DNA from: Candidatus Atribacteria bacterium UBA6251
Lineage (GTDB): Bacteria; Atribacterota; Phoenicimicrobiia; Phoenicimicrobiales; Phoenicimicrobiaceae
Direction: 5' to 3'
DNA: 64,000 nt
Assembly (NCBI GenBank): GCA_002441285.1
Contig: DJVR01000064.1
Span: 313-64,312 of the forward strand
In this document: one piece after another, positions 27,871 through 36,427 of the stretch
Position numbering within the stretch: the first letter of the stretch is position 1
Layout of the letters: every line of letters begins with the position of its first letter
The notes under the pieces: model-generated
The model's database searches: none
Seen by the model: only the letters and a program-made list of their open reading frames with translations
What the model was told of the DNA's origin: nothing
Position numbers and translations under genes: made by a program

Positions 27871-27967
27871 TAGTTTCTTCCCGTGCGAGGTCGACGTGCG
27901 GTAGGATTGCTTATGAAATAAAGCATAAAATAATAACTACTCATAAGCCAAGAGTTTAAAGAAACTA
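27871..27967 (+). ncRNA. Candidate structured 5' leader (three-way junction), class unknown
   Basis: P1: UAGUUUCUU (27871-27879) pairs with AAGAAACUA (27959-27967). P2: CCGUGCG-AGGUCGA-CGUGCGG (27881-27901). P3: GCUUAUGA (27909-27916) pairs with UCAUAAGC (27941-27948). A GC-rich patch in an otherwise very AT-rich spacer, about 90 nt upstream of the ATG at 28054. Confidence 0.45.
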
Positions 27968-28053
27968 TTAAAAAAAAAGAAATTAGATTAGTTAATTTCG
28001 CGAAATTAAATAATTAAAAGATAAATGACCTTAAAAAATGAAAGGAGAAAGAA

Positions 28054-28959
28054 ATGAAGAAACTATTCTTGTTGTTATTAGTTGTAGCCTTAGCCGCCTT
28101 CTTATTTGTCGGCTGTATTCCTGTAACTCCCGGAGAAGGTGAAGGAGAAGGTGAAGGAGAATTAGAAGTAACTATAACATTTGAGAATGAATATACTGAT
28201 GCTAAGGGGGTAACCTTTATACCATGTTCTGGCGAGGTAACAGTTACTTTATCGGCTCCTGTAGCTGTAGATAATGTCGTATATGTTGCATTGAAAGAAG
28301 ATGATGGAGACTATGATTGTTCTGAACCACTTACTCCTAATGCCGATCGGACAGTCTGGACTGGAGATTATACTCCAAACATATGCTCTCCTAGCATTGA
28401 TGAGTGCGAACCGTTCTGTGTAGTCGCCCTAGTCAAACATCCCTGCTGCCCCGGTGAAGAGGTTGCCCTAAAAGTAGTGAGAGCGGATTGCACACCACCT
28501 ACACTTGACCTTTTTGTTAAATTTTCAGATTGTACTGATCCTTGCGTAGATCCAGACCCTTGTGTCGAACCATTTGCGGGTGTATCTATGGAATGGACTA
28601 GCAGAACTACCAGTCTCTGCGAGACTACCGATTGTTGTGCAGATAACTGTTCCGGAGTTGGTGGCTGGAGCCTGGTGATAGATCCAGATGAGTGTGAAGG
28701 CCCATGTGATACTGTAGAAGGAACTGGTTGTCATGTAGAAGGAGAATTAGGGTGTGAATGTTTTGCCTATGCTGACACAGGTGAAGTCTGCTACATCATT
28801 GAATTCACTCTCGAAGATAATGTAGGAAATGCAGTTGAAAGCAAGTGGGAACTTTGCTTAGATACCGATTCCGTGGTTTCATTCTCTATAGTCGATGGAG
28901 ACACATTAACTGCAGATTCTGAAGGTTGGTACACAGTTTACAATGATTGTCAACCTTAA
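28054..28959 (+). CDS. Cysteine-rich acidic lipoprotein (24 Cys), unknown family
   Basis: Lipobox LFVGC followed by a (GE)4 linker. 23 further Cys occur in CxxxC, CC and CxC spacings (DECEPFC, HPCCPG, DCTDPCVDPDPC, DCCADNC, DECEGPC, GCEC). Visibly higher G+C and biased codons, with the strong RBS aaaggagaaag. Confidence 0.8.
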   Translation: MKKLFLLLLVVALAAFLFVGCIPVTPGEGEGEGEGELEVTITFENEYTDAKGVTFIPCSGEVTVTLSAPVAVDNVVYVALKEDDGDYDCSEPLTPNADRTVWTGDYTPNICSPSIDECEPFCVVALVKHPCCPGEEVALKVVRADCTPPTLDLFVKFSDCTDPCVDPDPCVEPFAGVSMEWTSRTTSLCETTDCCADNCSGVGGWSLVIDPDECEGPCDTVEGTGCHVEGELGCECFAYADTGEVCYIIEFTLEDNVGNAVESKWELCLDTDSVVSFSIVDGDTLTADSEGWYTVYNDCQP

Positions 28960-29019
28960 CCATTTTAACTGTAATAAATCAAAATAAATAATAGAATAAT
29001 CTTTAAATAGGCAATTGAT

Positions 29020-29053
29020 ACTAAAGGGATATCCAATAGGGTATCCCTTTAGT
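29020..29053 (+). terminator. Terminator-like hairpin after the Cys-rich lipoprotein gene
   Basis: 12-bp stem ACTAAAGGGATA / TATCCCTTTAGT with a 10-nt loop. There is no clean T-run. Confidence 0.5.
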
Positions 29054-29149
29054 ATATATAAATAAAAAATATACTCTTTATTATTATGATTTATACGAAT
29101 TTGATATTCAATAAACAAAATAGCCAAAGATGATAGAAAGCTAATTTAA

Positions 29150-29178
29150 TTGACATCTAAAAACAAGCCCTTTATAAT
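29150..29178 (+). promoter_or_regulatory. Sigma70-type promoter
   Basis: TTGACA (29150-29155), 17-nt spacer, TATAAT (29173-29178). Confidence 0.65.
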
Positions 29179-29245
29179 TAAAAAGAACATAAAATTTAAA
29201 AGAATTGATTTTCAATTAACAATTAAAGACAAAGGGGTAAAATAA

Positions 29246-30040
29246 ATGCAAAAAAAATTATGGGCTATTTCATTTTTATTAATATTATCGTTAGGTTTAT
29301 TTGCGGGCTGCGCTCCTGGGATTACACCTGAACCAGACGAGCCAGAGCCGGAACCAGAACTACCAACCACTGACAATAGGGTGGTAATGGTAGAATTGTT
29401 TGTTGCACCTGGTTGCAGTAGATGTCCTAGTGCTAAATCAGATATGGCACAGTTATTAGATGAATACGGTCTTGATAAAATAGTAGTTTTAGAAGAATAC
29501 GCCTGGAATTATCCGCTTTCCTCAGGATGGGCCACTCCTGAAACTATTAGTAGATATTCTATGTATACTTCCGATACCGCTACTCCCGATGCTTATTTTA
29601 ATGGTTTAAACCAATCTGTTCATCAGGATGATTCAAGTTATAATAATTATAAAAATGCAATTAACCAGGAATTGGAAAAATTAACACAAATTACCATTAT
29701 AGCTTCAGCGTCTAAAGATAATTCTATTAATTCAATTAACATTTCCGGAAGCATTAAAAATATTGGGATTAACACCTTTTATAATATCGAAATAGGAGCA
29801 ATGATTTACGAAGATTCAGTTCAATTAGGAAATAGTATTGCTAATCATGTAGTTAGAGATATTTTAACCCCTGTTCAGGTAGAAAGTTTATTTTCGGGGG
29901 AAACTTATGATTTTTCCTTTACTTCCAGATCAGAAGATTTAAAATGGGTCAGTAATTTTAATAATTTACATATAGTGGTTTATGTTCAATCTCCCAATAG
30001 TTTGACAAAAGAAATCTTACAAGCTTTGTATGTTGAATAA
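29246..30040 (+). CDS. DUF1223-like thioredoxin-fold CxxC lipoprotein, paralogue 1
   Basis: Lipobox LFAGC. VVMVELFVAPGCSRCPSAKSDM...VVLEEYAW...GW...TPDAYFNG parallels the DUF1223 pattern (VELFTSQGCSSCPPAD...HVDYW..GW...TPQ.VVNG). C-terminus ILQALYVE. Confidence 0.7.
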   Translation: MQKKLWAISFLLILSLGLFAGCAPGITPEPDEPEPEPELPTTDNRVVMVELFVAPGCSRCPSAKSDMAQLLDEYGLDKIVVLEEYAWNYPLSSGWATPETISRYSMYTSDTATPDAYFNGLNQSVHQDDSSYNNYKNAINQELEKLTQITIIASASKDNSINSINISGSIKNIGINTFYNIEIGAMIYEDSVQLGNSIANHVVRDILTPVQVESLFSGETYDFSFTSRSEDLKWVSNFNNLHIVVYVQSPNSLTKEILQALYVE

Positions 30041-30160
30041 ATTTATTCTATGATATAAAAACCGCTTTTAAATAAAAATATATTAAGGAAAATATTGATC
30101 GGTGGAGATCAAATTGTAGTTGTAAAAAAAATTAGGAACATTTTTAAATAGGTTATTTAC

Positions 30161-30943
30161 ATGCTAAAAAAATTTTATTTATTTATAGTGATGGTAATAT
30201 TGATTTATTCTTTTATTGGTTGTTTTTCTACTAATCCTATAGAAGAAACGGAAAGCGATAATGGAGAAATACCGGATTCTATAAAAAGGGTAGTTATGTT
30301 AGAGTTATTTGTAGCTCCAACCTGCAGTCGTTGTCCTTCTGCAAAATTAGCAGCGAAATCTTTATCAAATAAATATGGTCTTGACCAATTAGTAATATTA
30401 GAGGAATATGCTTGGGATGATCCTAATGGTGTATATACTGGCTGGTCAACTTACGAAATTTTTAATAGATTTAAATGGTACAGTAAATCTACTAAGACTC
30501 CTCATGCTTTTTTTAATGGCTTAAATCAAAATATCCCTTATTATGAATTTTCACTTTTTAATTATGAAGAAGCTATTAAAGCAGAATTGAATCGTTCTCC
30601 AAAAGTATCTATTTCAGCTTCTTATGATATTTTTGCACAAAAAATTACTATAAATGGGAAGATATATAATATTAGTTCTGGTAATCTAAACAAAATTGTT
30701 ATTGGAGCAATGATTTACGAAGATTCAGTTCAATTAGGAAATAGTATTGCTAATCATGTAGTTAGAGATATTATTGTTTCTGATACAATTGATATTTTAA
30801 CTGAAGGATCTAATATAACTTTTTATTTAGAGTCAGAAAATTTGAGCAATGTCAAAAATATGGATAATATACATATAGTAGTATATGTGCAAGAACCTTT
30901 TATTGAAAACAAGGAAATACTACAGGCATTGTATATAGAATAA
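30161..30943 (+). CDS. DUF1223-like thioredoxin-fold CxxC lipoprotein, paralogue 2
   Basis: Lipobox FIGC, VVMLELFVAPTCSRCPSAKLA...ILEEYAW, C-terminus ILQALYIE. Shares a 69-nt identical block with paralogue 1. Confidence 0.7.
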   Translation: MLKKFYLFIVMVILIYSFIGCFSTNPIEETESDNGEIPDSIKRVVMLELFVAPTCSRCPSAKLAAKSLSNKYGLDQLVILEEYAWDDPNGVYTGWSTYEIFNRFKWYSKSTKTPHAFFNGLNQNIPYYEFSLFNYEEAIKAELNRSPKVSISASYDIFAQKITINGKIYNISSGNLNKIVIGAMIYEDSVQLGNSIANHVVRDIIVSDTIDILTEGSNITFYLESENLSNVKNMDNIHIVVYVQEPFIENKEILQALYIE

Positions 30944-31346
30944 ATTAAATATAATTAAATGTATGATAATATTAATCTGATTAACTGATACAGCATATAA
31001 ATGTGCACTTATACAATAAAGCTTAATAATTGATTTATTAAAATGAAAGAATATTGGCTTTTAGAAATATTTAATAATGAGATGAAATAGAAGAACTAAA
31101 TGAAAGTGTAAAAACGAATAAAAATATTATCTATAATAATCAATATCTTTTTAGTTATATCTTTCTGTGTTCTTTAACTTTTACTACTAAGGAAACTCAA
31201 TTAAATAGATTGAAAAAATAATAAAAAAAACTATAAATGATAAAGATATAGATTTATTTATCTATAACATATCTTATAATTATATTAATTCCAAACGTTA
31301 TATAAGATAATTATTTAATAATTTATTGAACTGGAGCTCAATATAA

Positions 31347-33491
31347 GTGGAGCAAAAAGAAATAATTTCATCTCATATATTTAGCGGAAAATCAATTTAT
31401 ACAAAGGCCATTGAGGTAATAATTATCGCTCTCCTTATTTTAATCCCAATTGCGTTTTACCCTTATTTACTTCGAATATTTAATCCACCTAAAGAACTGA
31501 TTTTTAATTTTTTAGTAATTGCAGGTCTAATGTTCTGGGGATTCAAGATGGTCGATGAAGAAAAAATAAAGGTTATTTCCACTCCTTTAAATCTTCCCAT
31601 TTTTGCCTTTATAATTATTGGTCTTCTCTCCTTACTTTGGTCTAATAGCCCCAAGGTAAGTCTTTTAGAATTACCTCTATTTCTAGTAGGTCCTTTATTA
31701 TTTTTTATAGTTGCTAATAATATTAGTGAAGAACGTCAAATCAATTGTCTGCTTTATACTGCCCTTATAGTTAGTAGCATTCTGGGCGTATATGGTATCC
31801 TGCAATATAATGGTATAGATTTTTACTTCTGGAAGGCTAATATTGGTAGGCATATGGTATTTGGTCTTTTTGGAAATGTCAATTATTTTGCCGAATACCT
31901 GATTGTACCCTTACCCCTTGCTATATCTTTATTCTTTACCACTCGAAACCGCACTAATAAAATTTTACTCCTGATTGGAATATTGACAATGGGAGGAAGT
32001 TTAATTCTTACTTTTACCCGGGGATCTTATCTAGCCATAGGAATTTCATCCTTCTTTATGCTCTTCCTTTATCTGGTCACTCGAGGTAAAGGCTTTATTA
32101 AAGAGCATAAAAAAATCTTTATCTTTATCCTTTCTCTTATCATCTTAGCAACATTTCTCTTTGCTTTGCCTAATCCACTAAATGAACCAGGAACTGTTAT
32201 CTCTAAAATAAAGAGTCGAATTTCTATTTCTCAACTTACTAAAGATACCTCTCTTAAAAGGAGAGAAGCTATTTGGGGATTTACCACCCTGATGATCAAG
32301 GATCACCCTATACTTGGCTCGGGACTGGGAACTTTTAAATATAATTCTTTATCCTATCAAGCAAAATTTTTTAACCTGGGTGAAAATCGCCACCTTTATC
32401 CTTACGGAATTGCCGATAAAGCTCATAATGAATATTTGCAGCTTTGGGCGGAATTAGGGTTAATCGGCTTAGGTATTTTTATCTGGATTATCATTGTATA
32501 TTTCAGGTCTGGAATAAAGTATTTAAAAAGGATAAAAGATAGATATAAACAAGGAATAATAATTGGCTTAATGGGTGGGGTAATAGCCGTATTGATTGAT
32601 GCTATTTTCGGTTTTCCTCTTCATTTACCAGCTACTATTTGTTTATTTTGGTTGAGTCTAGGGGTTACTTTTTCTATTGGTAGAATAGAAACAAAAAGTA
32701 TTGTAAATGTTTTTGGTAAAAAAGAAAAGATAGATATTCCACCGGACAAAAAAGATAATAAAAAAACTAAAAAATCCAAAAATAATTTAAGGGACGATTC
32801 AATTTTCAAGTGGAAGCCACTTTTATACCTTATAATTATTTTATTTTGCACTATTTTAGTAATAATAACCTACAGACCCTTTATAGCTCAAGTTTATGAA
32901 TTTTTAGGAATTCAAGCAGCAGTAAAAAGAGACTATAATACTGCTACTAGCTATTTTCATTTAGCTTTAAAATGGAATCCTTATTTTGGAAATATATACT
33001 ATAATCTTGGACAAATAGTATATCAAAAAGGTATTTATAATAAATCTATAGAATATTTTGAAAAAGCGGAAAAATTTATAGATCATCCTAATTTGCCTTC
33101 GAAATTAGCTTATCTTTATTTGAAGAAGGGTGAGATAGAAAAAGGAATAAGTTATTTAAAAAAAGCAATTTCCTATCAAGAAGATGAAAAAGATACGATT
33201 CCCTTACTTACTGATTTAGGCAATAACTATATGAGATTAAAAAAATATAAACTTGCAGAAGAAGCTTTCAAAGATGCTTTAGATATAAATCCTGATTTTA
33301 TAAATGCCCACTATGGTCTGGCGGGGGCTTATTTAAAACAAAATCTAATAAATAAAGCTCAGATTGAGTTACAAAAAATAATCGAACTTGCTCCGGATAG
33401 TCCAGAAGCTCAATATGCTAGAAATATGTTACAGCAAATAGCTCAAGAAAAACTATCTAAGGAAGAGCAGGAAGAAGAAAAATCTCCTTGA
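31347..33491 (+). CDS. O-antigen ligase/polymerase-like (Wzy_C) membrane protein fused to a C-terminal TPR domain
   Basis: About 11 TM segments and the Wzy_C signature AHNEYLQLWAELGLIGLGIF. Then a Lys-rich linker, a further TM helix and TPR units (NYNTATSYFHLALKWNPYF...). Confidence 0.8.
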   Translation: MEQKEIISSHIFSGKSIYTKAIEVIIIALLILIPIAFYPYLLRIFNPPKELIFNFLVIAGLMFWGFKMVDEEKIKVISTPLNLPIFAFIIIGLLSLLWSNSPKVSLLELPLFLVGPLLFFIVANNISEERQINCLLYTALIVSSILGVYGILQYNGIDFYFWKANIGRHMVFGLFGNVNYFAEYLIVPLPLAISLFFTTRNRTNKILLLIGILTMGGSLILTFTRGSYLAIGISSFFMLFLYLVTRGKGFIKEHKKIFIFILSLIILATFLFALPNPLNEPGTVISKIKSRISISQLTKDTSLKRREAIWGFTTLMIKDHPILGSGLGTFKYNSLSYQAKFFNLGENRHLYPYGIADKAHNEYLQLWAELGLIGLGIFIWIIIVYFRSGIKYLKRIKDRYKQGIIIGLMGGVIAVLIDAIFGFPLHLPATICLFWLSLGVTFSIGRIETKSIVNVFGKKEKIDIPPDKKDNKKTKKSKNNLRDDSIFKWKPLLYLIIILFCTILVIITYRPFIAQVYEFLGIQAAVKRDYNTATSYFHLALKWNPYFGNIYYNLGQIVYQKGIYNKSIEYFEKAEKFIDHPNLPSKLAYLYLKKGEIEKGISYLKKAISYQEDEKDTIPLLTDLGNNYMRLKKYKLAEEAFKDALDINPDFINAHYGLAGAYLKQNLINKAQIELQKIIELAPDSPEAQYARNMLQQIAQEKLSKEEQEEEKSP

Positions 33492-33524
33492 TCATCTACT
33501 TGATATCATTATTGGAGGCAGAAA

Positions 33525-34025
33525 ATGTCCTTAAAAAAGAAGATCCTATCCCTTGTATTAGTTATCAGCTGGTTAGTATTGTTGCTACTACTTGAAGGTT
33601 GTAACCTTCTATCTTCTGATAAAACGCAGATTAATCAGATTGCGGAAAATATTCAAAAAGCTCTGGAAGAGAAAGATGTAGATCTATTTATGGAGAATAT
33701 CTCTTCTAATTATTCTGATGAAGAGGGTGGCACTTACGATAATCATATTAATAGTTTACCAGAACAGTTAATCTCCCAAATACAAGATGCTGAAGATTTA
33801 ATAGGTAATTTTCCATTATTGAAGATAGAGACAAAAGTTACTATTCCGGAAGCTGATTTAACCATTTTAGATACCCTTGCTACTGGAAAGATGAAGATTG
33901 AAATTACCCTTAAAGCTTGTGTGGCTTGGGTAATATGTTCAGATTTATACCACGATAATATAGAATATAATGTTGATTTTATCAAAGAAGATGAAGATTG
34001 GAAGATTATCTCTCTGGCAGAATAA
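33525..34025 (+). CDS. Small lipoprotein, unknown function
   Basis: Lipobox LLEGC, 166 aa, acidic. Confidence 0.65.
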   Translation: MSLKKKILSLVLVISWLVLLLLLEGCNLLSSDKTQINQIAENIQKALEEKDVDLFMENISSNYSDEEGGTYDNHINSLPEQLISQIQDAEDLIGNFPLLKIETKVTIPEADLTILDTLATGKMKIEITLKACVAWVICSDLYHDNIEYNVDFIKEDEDWKIISLAE

Positions 34026-34095
34026 AAGGGAACCGGCTACTTTTTCTTTACTTTTTATTTTTAGAATCCTAAAAAAGTAACTTTACCCTTTTTAG
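34024..34095. repeat. Family B inverted-repeat element copy 3
   Basis: Arms AAAAGGGAACCGGCTACTTTTT and AAAAAAGTAACTTTACCCTTTTT. The left arm begins in the stop codon of the preceding gene. Confidence 0.8.
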
Positions 34096-34113
34096 AAAAG
34101 GAAGAAAATTCTT

Positions 34114-36217
34114 ATGAATTTGATGGAAAATGATAAAATAGTTTTGAAGAATAATGAAGAAACAGTATATTTAAAAATAATTGAATTGGTCATTTTAGCA
34201 TTGATTTTCTTGGTACCCCTGGTCTTTTATCCTTATTGTATTACTGTTTTCTTGCCGGCGAAGGAACTTGTAGTAGAATTTTTGACTTTAATTGCTTTGA
34301 TGTTTTGGGGATTACGAATAGTAAGTCTAAAGAGATTTAGTTTTCAATCTTCTCCCCTCAATCTACCCATTTTAAGCTTTATGATGATAGGAATTTTTTC
34401 CCTAATCTGGTCTTCTAGTTTTTTTATTAGCTTAAAAGGACTACTTCTGTTCTTATCTGGACCTTTATTATACTTTGTAGTAATTAATAATATTAAAGAA
34501 GAAAAACAAATTTATCGGTTTCTCAATTTTTTAATATTATTAGGAGGCTTTTTTGGAATATACGGTATTTTACAATATAATGGTATAGATTTTTCTTTCT
34601 GGATTCGCAATATTGGTAGACAACAAGTTTTTGGGCTCTTTGGTAATATTAATTACTTTGCAGAATACTTAATAATTCCTCTTCCAGTGGCAATTGCTTC
34701 TTTCTTTATATTTCGCAATAAATTGTATAAAACTTTTGTATTCTTTTCTATTATAACTATGGGTTTAAGCCTTATCTTTACCTTTACTCGTGGCTCTTAT
34801 CTTGCTTTAGGGGGTTTCCATAAGTGTAATGTTTTTGCTTTTTCTATCCTTGCAAGGTAAAGAATTTTTAAAGAAGAATAGAAAAATATTTATCTTCATT
34901 ATTATATTAATGGTTATTATCTCAATTTTATTTATTGTACCCAATCCCTTAAATCAAACCGGAACAGTTTTATCAAAAATAAAAGGAAGAGTTGCTCTAA
35001 CCCAATTAATTACAGATAATTCTTTAAGGGCAAGATTAGCTACTTGGAAATCTGCCTTAATAATGATTAAAGAAAGACCTTGGTTAGGTTTAGGAATAGG
35101 AACCTTTAAATATAATTCTTTACGCTATATAGCTAAATTTTTAGAACAGGGAGAGAATCGTTCTTTTTATCCTACCCTTGCTTCTACTGAAGCTCACAAT
35201 GAATATTTACAATTTTGGGCAGAAATCGGAATAATCGGTTTATTGATTTTTATTTGGTTTATCATTAGTTATTTTAAATATTGTCTAAAAATGATAAAAA
35301 AGATTAAGGATGAATATGCTCGAGGAATCTTAATAGGTATGATAGGAGTAGCGGTTGCTATGGTAGTGGATTCTATCTTTGGTTTTCCTTTACATTTGCC
35401 TGCCTCGGTTAGCTTGTTCTGGTTAATAATTGCTCTCAGCATAACTTTAATTAGAATAAAAGTTTATGCCCAAGAGAACAAAAAATTTGTAAAAAAGATA
35501 GATAAATCAGGCAAAAAAGATGAAAAAGCACTATTGCTTAGTACAAAAAATTTATTATCTATAGCAATAATCCTTTTTACTGTTTTTTTGAGTACGCTTA
35601 TCATTCGTCCATTTATGGCTCGAACCTATTGGTTTTCGGGAAATAAAGAGTTAAATGCTAAGAGAGTGGATAATGCCATAAAAAATTACCAACAAGCATT
35701 AAGATGGGATCCTTATTTAGGTGAAGTATATTATCAAATAGGCAAAATTTTACAGAATAAAAATTTAAATAATGTTGCCTTACAATATTTTGAAAAAGCA
35801 GAAAAATATGTCGATCATCCTGATTTATCTCAGGATCTTGCCAGGATCTATCCGTTAAATAAATCTTACGATCTAGCTATTTTGAAATTGAAACAAGCGA
35901 TTACCTATCAATCTGATCTGAAATCAATGCTGCCTTTAATGTATCAATTAGGTTCAGTATATATTATCAAAAAAGATTATGATCAAGGCGAAATAATATT
36001 TAAGAAAGCCTTAAATATAGACCCTTCTTATTACAAAGCTAATTATGGATTAGCTACCATCTATCTTAATCAGAATAAAATCGAAGAAGCACTGGTTGAA
36101 TTAAAAAAGGTAATCGAACTTGCCCCGGACAGCCTGGAAGCAAATTATGCCCGGAATATTATGCAACAAATCGCTCAGGAAAAGCTAAAATCCCAACCAA
36201 CGGAAACAGACAACTGA
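34114..36217 (+). pseudogene. Second Wzy_C-TPR paralogue, interrupted by a +1 frameshift in a G5 run
   Basis: The track splits it into 34114..34860 and 34829..36217. Removing one G from GGGGG (34810-34814) restores LALGVSISVMFLLFLSLQGKEF, collinear with LAIGISSFFMLFLYLVTRGKGF of the upstream paralogue. Confidence 0.75.
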
Positions 36218-36232
36218 AATGATTGGTAGGAT

Positions 36233-36276
36233 GGTTACCCAGTTGCCCGGTTATCCGGTTTGCCAGTCTGCCATTT
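36233..36276. repeat. Octamer-periodic tract (GTTNCCNG units)
   Basis: ggttaccca|gttgcccg|gttatccg|gtttgcca|gtctgcca. Bases 36250-36272 recur with one mismatch at 61537-61559. Confidence 0.75.
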
Positions 36277-36427
36277 GGAATCAGTTAAGCTATTTATCAG
36301 TGAGTTAGCTGACTATATAATTGTAAATCTCCTCCTCTCTATTATTGCAAACCAGAGTTGACAAATAATCAATTATAATGTAAACTATAGTTAGCAATAT
36401 CACAGTAAAATAGTAAAAGGAAACAGA

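Noticed and set aside
27871-27967. Assignment of the leader RNA to a known riboswitch class (purine, TPP, c-di-GMP-I/II, ZTP, preQ1, fluoride, guanidine).
   Set aside because: None of the conserved core sequences I can recall for these classes is present. Only the generic three-helix fold is supported, so it is reported as unclassified.
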